Shown here piece by piece: positions 26,885 to 36,027 of a stretch of DNA of 64,000 nt (the first letter of the stretch is position 1; each line of letters begins with the position of its first letter). Source of the DNA: Vulcanimicrobiota bacterium (GTDB lineage Bacteria > Vulcanimicrobiota > Vulcanimicrobiia > Vulcanimicrobiales > Vulcanimicrobiaceae); NCBI GenBank assembly GCA_963695225.1, contig OY968762.1:1568001-1632000 (forward strand). Reading direction: 5' to 3'. The notes under the pieces are model-generated. The model was given only the letters and a program-made list of their open reading frames with translations. It had not been told where the DNA came from and searched no databases. A program made the translations under genes and the position numbers.

Positions 26885-29867
26885 ACTGCTTCGAGACCGT
26901 CAACAGGAACGAGCGCGGTCCGACGACGTTCGCGTTCGTCAAGCCGACTTGTCCGTTGACGAGCGGCACGGGTACCCCGCCGTACTCAACCTCGGTAGCG
27001 CCCGAGAGGACGTTGAAGAGGTTGTAGACCGACCCTTGCAACATGATGCCGTCCTGCAACGGGAACCGGAGCGTCGTGTTCGCGATCGTGAACGCCGGCT
27101 CGTTGTAGGAGTTGTTCGGTCCGAGGTACTGCATACCGAAGCTCGCATAGGTGCCGTTGGCCGCGCGGTAGTGGATCTCGCCGTAGGCCTGCGAGTACGG
27201 AATCGCATGGTTGTTGACCGCGTTGAAGTTGCTGCCGGCGCCGTTCGCCGGCGAGCCGTTCGTGCCGCCGGTTCCCGAGCCGTAGAAGTTCGCGCCGGAG
27301 ACGATCCCGAGGTTCGTGTTCAGCAGCGAGCAGTTGACGGCACCGCCGGTGATGGCGGTCTTACTGTACAAGCAGGCGCCGAGGTCGTAAGGGTAGGCCT
27401 TCAGCAGCGCGCCTTGCGCGGTGTACCCGAAGCCCACGTGCGGGTTGCGGGTCACCGAGAGCTCGAAGCCCGCATACCGCGCGTTGTCGAGGTTCGTAGC
27501 GGCCGTCGTAAGGAGCGGCAAAGTCGTCGGGGTGACGCCGCCCGGGCAGCTCGTGGCCGGCGTGACCTTCGTGCCCGAACTCGGCGGGCAGAACGTGAGG
27601 TTCCCGTTCGTGAAGGCCGCACTCGAAACGAACTGGTTCTTCACGTTCGTGAGGTAGAGGTCGGTCGAGAGCACGGTCTGCTTGTCGCCGCTGATCCGGT
27701 AATCCAGACCGAGATCGTAGCCGAACGCCGTTTCCGGCAGCACTTTGCCGGTCTGTTGCGTCGTGGTCACGTACGTCGCGTCCGAGCTGAGCGTATAGGT
27801 CGGGGCGCCGTTGTCGAGAAGCGCGAGATAGGGAGGCGCGAGCGACGCACCGGCCGAGGCGCGCAGCGACAGGTCCGGATTCGCCCGATAGGTCACGCCG
27901 AGGCGCGGATCGTCCTGGACGTGTCCGTTCTGCAGCCAGGTGTTGCCGCCGTCCAGCGTGACGTGCTGCGTGTAGCTGTCGAGGTAGTTCGCCAGCGTCA
28001 CGCTGAGCTTGTCGTTCGGCCGGAAGTTCACGGCCGCTTTGTACGTGCGGTATATCAGCCACGAGCCCGGGAACACCGAGTAACTATAGGAAGGGACGGG
28101 AACGTTCGGAGCCGCGGTCGTCGCGTTGTCGTACACCGAATAGGTGTTGCTGCGCGCCGCAGTCTGGTCGTAGGAGAGCGTCAGCAGATCGTTCTTCGAC
28201 TTGCCGAAGGGGTGGTCGTATTCGAACGAGGCGCCGTGCAGCGAGTCTTGTTCGGCGTTCGTGTATTCCGAGTACGAGGCCGGGAAGGTCACGTCGACCG
28301 TCTGGCCGTTGTACGTGTGCGTCACGCCGCCTGCCGTGAACGTGCCCCACAGTTGCAGCGGCTTCGTAATGTCGCCCCACGCGCCGTCGTACTGCAGGCG
28401 GTTGATCGAGGCGGCGTAATAGCGCGCCAGGATCGTATCGCCGCGGTACGTCGTGCGCAACTCGCCCTGGAACATCGGCTCGTTGTTGATCTCGTAATAC
28501 GGGAAGGGATAGCCGTTCTGGAACGTGTTGACGTTCGTTCCGGCGACGATGCCGTTCGCCGGCAGGCCGGAATAGGATCCGCCGGGGAGGAACGGCATGT
28601 TGAAGTTGTAGCCGTGGTTCCCGTTTTGATCGGTCCACGATTGGCTGCCGAGGTACGTGAACGTAAGCGCCGTCGCATCCGAGAAGCCGTAGCGGATCTT
28701 CGCGAGTTCGGTCTTGTTGCTGTAGACCGAGGTGAAGTTCTCGCAGCAATAGACGAGCGACGTACCGGCCGGCGGATTGTTGATGATGCCGGGGTTCGCC
28801 GTGCCGCCCGCGCCCGTAGTGGGCGTTTTCACCGTCGTCGGAATCGGAATGCCGGTGGAGCTGGAGTCGCCGAGGAACGAATTACCGCTCGAAGGCAGCG
28901 TCGAGTAGTTGCTCGTCTGCAGCGGCCCGGGCGTTCCCGAGGTCGCGTAGTCGAACACGAAGCCGAGCTTGCCCTTGAGCAGCGTGTCGGAAATGCGATA
29001 GTTCGAGTTGAGCCCGCCGTAGCCGTCGACGCCCTGGTCGATCCGGACGACGAGCTTGTGCGTCGGATCGAGCGTATGGAAGTTGACCGCGCCGTTGATC
29101 GCGTTGTAGTTCACGGGAAGGGTCGCGCCGGGGCCTTTCACGACCTCGACGTCCTGCAGCACGTACGGGCTCAAGAACGTCGTGACGTAGTCGCCGTAAT
29201 CCATGACGGCGAGCGGATGGCCGTCGATCAGCGAGGCCGTCTCGAACCCGAGGCCGCCGCGGACCGAGGGGAACGTGATGTTGCCGGGCGAGGAGTTGTT
29301 GGCGCTCGTGCCCGGGTGGTCGGCGACGATCCCCGGCGTTTCGTCGAGGATGTGCTGCACCTGAAGCTGCCCCTGATCCAGGAACGTCGTCTGCGAGATG
29401 TTCGCGACCGAGGCGGCGCTGGTGTTGAACGTCCGGTTCGCGGACACGGTCACGTGCCCGATCTCCTTGATCGTTTCGAAGCTGATCGCCGAGAGCGTGA
29501 TGCCGACGTTCTGCGTCACGCCGGCGGCGATCGCGTAGCCGGATTCCGAAGCCGTACCGAAGCCGGCCTTGGCAACCTTGAGGGTATAGATGCCGGGGCT
29601 CAACGTAAGGGAGAAAACGCCTTGAACGTCGGTCTTCGTCGATGCGGTGGCCGGACCGGTGGCCGTGACCACGGCATTCGGAAGCGGTGCTCCGTCGGCG
29701 TCCTTGATGGTCCCGGTGAGCGTCCCGGTCGTTGCGGCCGCGGGCATTGCCGTTTGGGCGATCGCAGACGCCGGCCCTTGCGATGCCCCAGCCGCCGCCG
29801 CACTCAGGGGTCCGGCAGCCAGGAAGCACGCAATAGCCAGCGCTGCGCGATGACTAAATAAGCGCAA
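26880..29867 (-). CDS. TonB-dependent receptor with N-terminal carboxypeptidase-regulatory-like domain (paralog 2)
   Basis: Signal peptide, GAPLPNAVV, LIDGHP, VEVVKGPG, VLPETAFGYDLG, C-terminal Trp. CAGGAG RBS. Confidence 0.9.
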   Translation of the reverse strand: MRLFSHRAALAIACFLAAGPLSAAAAGASQGPASAIAQTAMPAAATTGTLTGTIKDADGAPLPNAVVTATGPATASTKTDVQGVFSLTLSPGIYTLKVAKAGFGTASESGYAIAAGVTQNVGITLSAISFETIKEIGHVTVSANRTFNTSAASVANISQTTFLDQGQLQVQHILDETPGIVADHPGTSANNSSPGNITFPSVRGGLGFETASLIDGHPLAVMDYGDYVTTFLSPYVLQDVEVVKGPGATLPVNYNAINGAVNFHTLDPTHKLVVRIDQGVDGYGGLNSNYRISDTLLKGKLGFVFDYATSGTPGPLQTSNYSTLPSSGNSFLGDSSSTGIPIPTTVKTPTTGAGGTANPGIINNPPAGTSLVYCCENFTSVYSNKTELAKIRYGFSDATALTFTYLGSQSWTDQNGNHGYNFNMPFLPGGSYSGLPANGIVAGTNVNTFQNGYPFPYYEINNEPMFQGELRTTYRGDTILARYYAASINRLQYDGAWGDITKPLQLWGTFTAGGVTHTYNGQTVDVTFPASYSEYTNAEQDSLHGASFEYDHPFGKSKNDLLTLSYDQTAARSNTYSVYDNATTAAPNVPVPSYSYSVFPGSWLIYRTYKAAVNFRPNDKLSVTLANYLDSYTQHVTLDGGNTWLQNGHVQDDPRLGVTYRANPDLSLRASAGASLAPPYLALLDNGAPTYTLSSDATYVTTTQQTGKVLPETAFGYDLGLDYRISGDKQTVLSTDLYLTNVKNQFVSSAAFTNGNLTFCPPSSGTKVTPATSCPGGVTPTTLPLLTTAATNLDNARYAGFELSVTRNPHVGFGYTAQGALLKAYPYDLGACLYSKTAITGGAVNCSLLNTNLGIVSGANFYGSGTGGTNGSPANGAGSNFNAVNNHAIPYSQAYGEIHYRAANGTYASFGMQYLGPNNSYNEPAFTIANTTLRFPLQDGIMLQGSVYNLFNVLSGATEVEYGGVPVPLVNGQVGLTNANVVGPRSFLLTVSKQW

Positions 29868-29917
29868 CAGAATTCTCCTGTTTTGATGGTGGCGTCCCGA
29901 CAGGGACCCCCGCGCTT

Positions 29918-29975
29918 ACTATATGAGCGGCTCGTTAAGCGCTAATTAAGCGTAGCTAAAGAACGTAAGGTTAGC
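29918..29975 (-). promoter_or_regulatory. Promoter region of TonB receptor 2: TTAA repeats plus TATAGT -10
   Basis: Minus strand CTTAATTA-GCG-CTTAACGA-N8-TATAGT, with weaker repeats further upstream. Confidence 0.5.
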
Positions 29976-30003
29976 CGTTGCCGGCTGGAGAGACAGCCGA
30001 GCG

Positions 30004-32133
30004 TCAGCGCGTCTCGCGCGCCGCGGACCGCCCCGCCGCGAGAAATTCGAGTTGGGCGCTGTGCGTCGGCCCGCCCGGCGGAATGCGGCGAACGTAGCTT
30101 CCGTCGGATTGGAGCCAGCGCGTCTGCGCGTCGTCGCGCATCAGCGTCCCGAGGATCTCGTCCGTGACGCGGTCGCGCAGTTGGGGGCAGAGGATCGGGA
30201 CGATCACCTCGACGCGGCGGTCGAGGTTCCGGCCCATCCAGTCGGCGCTCCCCATGTACACTTCCCGGTCTCCGCCGTTCTCGAAGACGAAGATTCGCGA
30301 ATGTTCGAGGAACCGCCCGACGATCGAGCGCACGCGAATCGTATCGCTGACCCCGGGAACGCCCGGGCGCAATTCGCACAGGCCGCGCACGAGCAACTCG
30401 ATCGGCACGCCCGCTTGCGAGGCGCGGTAGAGGGCCTCCATGATCGCTTCGTCGCTGATCGCGTTGAGCTTGGCGACGATGCCGGCGGCTCGCCCGGCCT
30501 TGCTGTGCTCGATCTCCCGATCGATCATCTCGAGGAAACGCGCGCGCAGCTCGCGCGGGGCGACGAGCAGCCGGTCGTATCTGGCGGCCCGCGTGAAGCC
30601 GGTCAGCGAGTTGAAGAGCCGCGTCGCATCCGAACCGAGATCGGGCCGGCACGTCAAAAGGCTCAGGTCCGTGTAGATGCGGGCCGTCTTCTCGTTATAA
30701 TTGCCGGTGCCGAAGTGGACGTAACGGCGGATGCCTTCCGGCTCGTCGCGTACGATCAACGTCACCTTCGCGTGGACCTTGAGCCCCGGGACGCTGTAGA
30801 TCACGTGCGCGCCGACGCGCTCGAGCTTGCGCGCCCACAAGATGTTGTTCTCTTCGTCGAAGCGCGCCTTGAGTTCGATCAGCGCCGCGACTTGCTTGCC
30901 GTTCTCGGCGGCCCGCATCAACGCGGAGACGACCGGCGACGTTCCCGAGGTCCGGTAGAGCGTCTGCTTGATCGCGAGGACGCGCGGGTCTTCCGCCGCG
31001 GCTTCCAAAAGCTGCACGACCGGGTCGAACGAGTCGTAGGGGTGATGGAGGAGGATGTCGCCTTCGCGGATCGCCTCGAACATGTCCGCGGCTGCATGGA
31101 CGCGGCGCGGGATGACCGGCGTGAACGAGGGGTCGCGCAATTCCGGACGATCGAGCGAAGCGATCGTCCAGAACCCGCTGACTGCCAGCGGCCCGTCGAC
31201 CGCATAGAGATCCTGCTCTTCCAATTCCAGTTCTTCGAGCAGGAGCGAGCGCATCGCGTGCGGCATCGCCGCCTCGACCTCCAAGCGGACGGGCTCGCCG
31301 AAGCGGCGCTTGCGCAGCTCGGATTCGATCGCGCTGATCAGGTCGTCGGCTTCGTCCTCTTGGATGTCGAGATCGGCGTCGCGGGTAACGCGGAAGCAGT
31401 AGGACCGCACGACCTCGACGCCGGGGAACAAGGCGTCGAGGTTGTGGGCGATCACGTCCTCGAGCAGGACGAAGTGCGATTCGCCCCACGGCGAGGGGAT
31501 CGGAACGAAGCGCGGCAGGCTCGAAGGCACCTTGACGCGCGCGAAATGCTCGACGGCACCGTGCGAGGTCTCGTCGCGAATCTCGACGCCGAGCGAGAGC
31601 GAGAGGTTGGAGATATATGGAAAGGGGTGCGTGCGGTCGACGGCGAGCGGCGTCAGGACGGGGAAGACGCGCTCGTAAAACGTGCGGCGCAGCTCCTCGC
31701 GCGCGGCTTCGGAGAGGGCGTCGTAGCGCAAGATCTTGATGCCGTTGCGTGCGAGTTCCGGGAGGAGCACGTCCCGCAGGAGTTGCTGCTGCCGCTCGAG
31801 CGAGGGGCGCAGGCGCGCCGAGATCGCACGCAACTGTTCGGCGGGGAGGCGCCCGTCGACCGAACGCGCGTGCACGTCTGCGTCGAGTTGCTGTTTGAGG
31901 CCGGCCACGCGGACCATGAAATACTCGTCGAGGTTCGTCCCGTAGATCGCGACGAACTTGACGCGCTCGAGCAGCGGGTGGCGCTCGTCGAGCGCTTCCT
32001 CGAGAACGCGCTCGTTGAAGGCGAGCCACGAGAGTTCCCGGCTGAAGTAGAGCGACGGATCGTCCAGCGGAGGAGGCGCGACCGTCAGCGAGGGGTGAAC
32101 CCGGGAGGACTCTTGTTCCGACCGAACGAGCAT
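30004..32133 (-). CDS. ppk1: Polyphosphate kinase 1
   Basis: RELSWLAFNERVL, NLDEYFMVRV, HHPYDSF, ARFDEENN, KVHAK, GTGNYN, RFLEHSRI, SADWM..NLDRRVE motifs. Confidence 0.98.
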   Translation of the reverse strand: MLVRSEQESSRVHPSLTVAPPPLDDPSLYFSRELSWLAFNERVLEEALDERHPLLERVKFVAIYGTNLDEYFMVRVAGLKQQLDADVHARSVDGRLPAEQLRAISARLRPSLERQQQLLRDVLLPELARNGIKILRYDALSEAAREELRRTFYERVFPVLTPLAVDRTHPFPYISNLSLSLGVEIRDETSHGAVEHFARVKVPSSLPRFVPIPSPWGESHFVLLEDVIAHNLDALFPGVEVVRSYCFRVTRDADLDIQEDEADDLISAIESELRKRRFGEPVRLEVEAAMPHAMRSLLLEELELEEQDLYAVDGPLAVSGFWTIASLDRPELRDPSFTPVIPRRVHAAADMFEAIREGDILLHHPYDSFDPVVQLLEAAAEDPRVLAIKQTLYRTSGTSPVVSALMRAAENGKQVAALIELKARFDEENNILWARKLERVGAHVIYSVPGLKVHAKVTLIVRDEPEGIRRYVHFGTGNYNEKTARIYTDLSLLTCRPDLGSDATRLFNSLTGFTRAARYDRLLVAPRELRARFLEMIDREIEHSKAGRAAGIVAKLNAISDEAIMEALYRASQAGVPIELLVRGLCELRPGVPGVSDTIRVRSIVGRFLEHSRIFVFENGGDREVYMGSADWMGRNLDRRVEVIVPILCPQLRDRVTDEILGTLMRDDAQTRWLQSDGSYVRRIPPGGPTHSAQLEFLAAGRSAARETR

Positions 32134-32170
32134 GACCGGCCTATTCTCTCACGGCGGAGGTGACGAAGAG

Positions 32171-32791
32171 TTGAGCGGCGGGACCCTCGATTTCGCGATC
32201 CATCTGCGCGATCATTTGATCCTCTGTTCGGCGGCGCTCGGGCTGGCGCTCTTTACGGGGTTGCCGCTGGGGTCCTGGTTGCCGCATGCCGGGCGCATTC
32301 GCGGCCCCGTCTTGGGAGCGATCGCGACCGCCCGGGTCGTCCCCAGCCTGGCCGTGCTGGCGTTCATGCTCCCTCTGCTCGGCATCGGCTTCGCTCCCGC
32401 GCTCGTCGCGCTCGTCCTGCTCGCGCTCCCGCCCATCGTCATCACGACGGATACCGGCCTGGGCACGGTCGCTGCGGCGGTGCGGGAGGCGGCGCGCGGC
32501 CTCGGGATGGACGAGCGGGAGATCCGGCGGCGCATCGACTGGCCGCTCGCTCTCCCGATCGTCATCGCCGGCGTACGGACGGCGACGGTCGAGGTGATCG
32601 CGAGCGCGACGCTCGCCGCGTTCATCGGGGGCGGCGGGCTCGGCGAGTTCATCGTGAACGGCCTGGCTGCGAACGATCTCGCCGAATTGCTGGAGGGAGC
32701 GCTCGGAGTCGCGGCGCTCGCGCTCGCCGCCGAATGGGCTTTGGGGCGCGCGCAAGTCTTGGCGGCTCGCGCGGGGAACCTCGCCCCATGA
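32171..32791 (+). CDS. ABC transporter permease, osmoprotectant (OpuCB/YehW-like)
   Basis: VPSLA, EAARGLGM, ATLAAFIGGGGLG. GGAGGT RBS before TTG 32171. Confidence 0.88.
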   Translation: MSGGTLDFAIHLRDHLILCSAALGLALFTGLPLGSWLPHAGRIRGPVLGAIATARVVPSLAVLAFMLPLLGIGFAPALVALVLLALPPIVITTDTGLGTVAAAVREAARGLGMDEREIRRRIDWPLALPIVIAGVRTATVEVIASATLAAFIGGGGLGEFIVNGLAANDLAELLEGALGVAALALAAEWALGRAQVLAARAGNLAP

Positions 32792-33669
32792 ATCGCCGCT
32801 CGGCCCTCGCGCTCTTCTCCTCCGTTCCCCTGCTCGCCGCATGCGGCAACAAACCGCGCGAGCGGTTGATCGTCGGCTCGAAGAATTTCACCGAAGAGCT
32901 GCTGCTCGGCGAACTCTACGCGCAAGTGCTCGAACACTACGATTTCCGGATCACGCGCAAGCTGAACCTCGGCGGCACTCAGGTAGCGATGGCGGCGATC
33001 CGGCGCGGCGATATCGACGTCTATCCGGAATACACGGGGACGGCGCTGCTTACGCAACTGAAACTGAAGCCGACGGGCGACGCCGCCGCCACGTACCAAA
33101 CGGTGCGCGACGCGTACCAGCGCGACTACAACCTCGTCTGGCTCGATCCGGCGCCGATGAACAACACGCAAGCGCTCGCGACGACTGCGGCGATCGCGGA
33201 GAAGTACGACATCACGACGCTGAGCGATCTCAGCAAGGCTGCGCCGAAGCTGCGGCTCGGCGCGATCCCGGAGTTCACGACGCGCGAAGACGGCTTGCCC
33301 GGGTTACAGAAAGCTTACGGCGGCTTTCAGTTCCGCGAAGTCAAGCTCTTCGACATCGCGCTGAAATACCGCGCGCTCGAGGCCGGGAGCGTCGACGTCG
33401 TCGTCGCGTTCGGGACCGACGGCCAGATCCTGGCGAATTCGCTCGTCGTCTTCGAAGACGACAAGCACTTCTGGCCGGTCTATCAAGCGGCGCCCGTCGT
33501 CCGGGCGGACGCGCTGGAACGCTTCCCCGGCCTTACGACGCACCTCAACGCGGTGAGCGCGCGCTTGACCGATACGACGATGCGGGAGCTGAATTACGCC
33601 ATCGACGGCCAGAAGCAAGAGCCGGCGTCGGTAGCGCACGATTTCCTGACGGGCATCGGATTCGTGTGA
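32788..33669 (+). CDS. ABC transporter substrate-binding lipoprotein (OpuAC/OsmX/EgtU-like)
   Basis: Lipobox LLAAC, VGSKNFTE, DVYPEYTGT, DDKHFWPVY motifs. Confidence 0.9.
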   Translation: MNRRSALALFSSVPLLAACGNKPRERLIVGSKNFTEELLLGELYAQVLEHYDFRITRKLNLGGTQVAMAAIRRGDIDVYPEYTGTALLTQLKLKPTGDAAATYQTVRDAYQRDYNLVWLDPAPMNNTQALATTAAIAEKYDITTLSDLSKAAPKLRLGAIPEFTTREDGLPGLQKAYGGFQFREVKLFDIALKYRALEAGSVDVVVAFGTDGQILANSLVVFEDDKHFWPVYQAAPVVRADALERFPGLTTHLNAVSARLTDTTMRELNYAIDGQKQEPASVAHDFLTGIGFV

Positions 33670-34616
33670 AAGGCGCGAGCGTCCGGATTCGGGGGCTCGT
33701 GGTCCGCTATTCCCCCGGTGCGATTCCGGCGCTCGACCGCGTCTCGCTCTCCCTCGATCCCGGCGAGTTCGTCGTCGTCCTGGGACCGTCCGGGTGCGGG
33801 AAGAGCACGTTGCTGCGAACGATCAACCGGCTCGTCGAACCCGCTGCGGGGACGATCGAGATCGACGGGCGGAACGTGCGCGACGTCCCGCCGACGGAAT
33901 TGCGGCGCGGGATAGGCTACGTGATCCAAGCGGTCGGGCTCTTCCCACACATGACGGTCGCCGAAAACGTCGCGATCGTGCCGGGATTGCTCGGTTGGAG
34001 CCGGACGGAGACGGCGGCTCGCGTCGACGAACTCCTGGCGCTCGTCTCGCTCGAACCTGCGCGCTATCGCGATCGGCGGCCGGGAGCGCTCTCCGGCGGC
34101 GAGCAACAGCGCGTCGGCGTCGCGCGCTCGCTCGCCGCGCGGCCGCCGCTCCTGTTGATGGACGAACCGTTCGGCGCGGTGGACGCCGTCGTCCGTGCGA
34201 CGTTGCAGGATGAAGTCCGGCGCATCCAGCGCACGCTCGGCACGACGATCCTCTTCGTGACGCACGACGTCGCCGAGGCACTCCGCCTCGCGGACCGGCT
34301 CGTCGTCATGTCGGCGGGGAGCATCGTGCAGGACGCGGCGCCGCTCGCAACGCTCGTCCACCCTGCGACCCCGTACGTGGCCGAGCTCCTCGATGCGGAG
34401 GACGTCTTGCGTCGCGCCGACCTCTTGCCGGCGCGCAGCGCGGCCCGGCAGGGCGGTGCGCCCGGCGAGGCATCGATCGACGCCGGCGTTCCGCTCCGCG
34501 ACGCCCTGAACGCGCTGCTGGCAGGGGCGAACCGCCTTACCGTCATCGAGGAGGGAGTCCCGATCGGGTCGCTCGACTTCGACGATGTCCGCCGCGCCCT
34601 CGGGGAGGGCGCGTGA
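33666..34616 (+). CDS. ABC transporter ATP-binding protein (OpuCA-like)
   Basis: GPSGCGKST, LSGGEQQRVGVAR, LLMDEPFGAVD, VTHD motifs. Confidence 0.93.
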   Translation: MKGASVRIRGLVVRYSPGAIPALDRVSLSLDPGEFVVVLGPSGCGKSTLLRTINRLVEPAAGTIEIDGRNVRDVPPTELRRGIGYVIQAVGLFPHMTVAENVAIVPGLLGWSRTETAARVDELLALVSLEPARYRDRRPGALSGGEQQRVGVARSLAARPPLLLMDEPFGAVDAVVRATLQDEVRRIQRTLGTTILFVTHDVAEALRLADRLVVMSAGSIVQDAAPLATLVHPATPYVAELLDAEDVLRRADLLPARSAARQGGAPGEASIDAGVPLRDALNALLAGANRLTVIEEGVPIGSLDFDDVRRALGEGA

Positions 34617-35263
34617 ACTACCTGACGACGCACGCCGGCTACGTGTTGCAGCTGCTGGGCGAGCACGTCGCGCTCGCCGGCGGCGCCATCGCGATCGCCG
34701 CCGTCATCGCGCTCCCGCTCGGCGCATTCGCGGCGCGCCGCCCGAAGCTCGGCGGCGCGTTGCTCGGCGTGCTCGGCGTCATCTACACGATCCCGAGTCT
34801 CGCGCTCTTCGCGCTCCTGGTCCCGCTGCTCGGGCTCGGGCTCCCGACGGCGCTGACCACGCTCGTGCTCTACGCGCAGATGATCCTCGTGCGCAACGTC
34901 GTCGCCGGGCTGCGGAGCGTCCCGCCGGAACTGATCGACGCCGCCCGCGGCCTCGGTATGACGGAGGCGCAGAGTTTCCGGCGGATCGAGTTGCCGCAGG
35001 CGCTCCCCGTCATCGCAAGCGGCGTGCGGATCGCCGCCGTCTCTGCGATCGCGCTCGCAAACCTCGCGGCTTGGATCGACGCCGGCGGGCTCGGCGTCCT
35101 CCTCTTTGACGGCCTTCGCACGGACGACAACGCGAAGCTCGCGATCGGTGCGACAGCCTCGGCCTTGCTCGCGATCGGAGCCGACGCGGCGCTGCGCGCC
35201 GCCGAGGAAGCCGCCCGCCGGCATGCCGGCCGCTTCAGCGAGGAAGCGGGCGCGGCTCTCTGA
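34613..35263 (+). CDS. ABC transporter permease, osmoprotectant type
   Basis: IYTIPSLALF, DAARGLGM, AGGLG motifs. Confidence 0.88.
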   Translation: MNYLTTHAGYVLQLLGEHVALAGGAIAIAAVIALPLGAFAARRPKLGGALLGVLGVIYTIPSLALFALLVPLLGLGLPTALTTLVLYAQMILVRNVVAGLRSVPPELIDAARGLGMTEAQSFRRIELPQALPVIASGVRIAAVSAIALANLAAWIDAGGLGVLLFDGLRTDDNAKLAIGATASALLAIGADAALRAAEEAARRHAGRFSEEAGAAL

Positions 35264-35984
35264 GATGCCGTTCGGCGGCGTGGACGAGCGAGCCGAAGAG
35301 GTGCGCGCTCACGGGATCCTCCGCGATCAACTCGGGGTGCCATTGCACGCAAAAGAAGAACGGGTGCGCGAACGCGGGCTCGAGCGCCTCGATCGTGCCG
35401 TCCGGCGTCCAGGCGGCGCGCAGCCATCCCGGCGCGAGCGCGCGGACCCCCTGGTGATGCAGCGAGTTCGTAGCGAAACGCTCCGCGCCGGCGAGCCGTG
35501 CGAACGCGCTCGCGGGCTCGACTTCGACGACGTGCCCCGGCAAATAGTCTTCGCGCTCGCGGCCGTCTTCCTTGACTTGGTGGTGATGCAGCGTGTAGCG
35601 GGCGCCGTGTTCCGAGGGGAGATCCTCGACGAGCGTCCCTCCGAACGCGACGTTGACGACTTGCAGCCCGCGGCAGATCGCGAGCGTCGGGATCCGATGC
35701 TCCCGGACGGCGCGCGCCAGCGCGATTTCGAAGGCGTCCCGCGCCACGTCCGGCGGGTCCACGCTCGGCAGCCGCGCGCCGCCGTAGAGAGCGGGATCGA
35801 CGTCGCATCCGCCGCTGAAGACGACGCCGCTGCAGCCGGCGAGTTGCCCCTCGAGCTCGGCAAGATCGTTCGATAAGAAGAACGGCTCGCCCCCGGACGC
35901 GCTCACGGCGCGCGCGTAGGTTGCCGCATGCCGCACCGGGGCGCCGTTGCGATAGGTGGTCGTGATTCCGATCGAGACGGGCAT
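35235..35984 (-). CDS. Gamma-glutamyl-gamma-aminobutyrate hydrolase family (peptidase C26, class I GATase-like)
   Basis: SGGCDVDP, AICRGLQVVNVAFGGTL, NSLHHQ, VQWHPE motifs. Confidence 0.92.
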   Translation of the reverse strand: MPVSIGITTTYRNGAPVRHAATYARAVSASGGEPFFLSNDLAELEGQLAGCSGVVFSGGCDVDPALYGGARLPSVDPPDVARDAFEIALARAVREHRIPTLAICRGLQVVNVAFGGTLVEDLPSEHGARYTLHHHQVKEDGREREDYLPGHVVEVEPASAFARLAGAERFATNSLHHQGVRALAPGWLRAAWTPDGTIEALEPAFAHPFFFCVQWHPELIAEDPVSAHLFGSLVHAAERHLREPRPLPR

Positions 35985-36027
35985 CGGTCGTTCTTGGCGC
36001 GGGGCCGCGCGCACCCTGCGAGCCGCC

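Noticed and set aside
26685..29861. 1058-aa plus-strand ORF (also 22742..24415 and 24644..25624)
   Set aside because: Antisense shadows of the TonB receptor genes: Arg/Val-rich, no motifs, typical of high-GC codon bias
30052..32163. 703-aa plus-strand ORF
   Set aside because: Antisense shadow of ppk1
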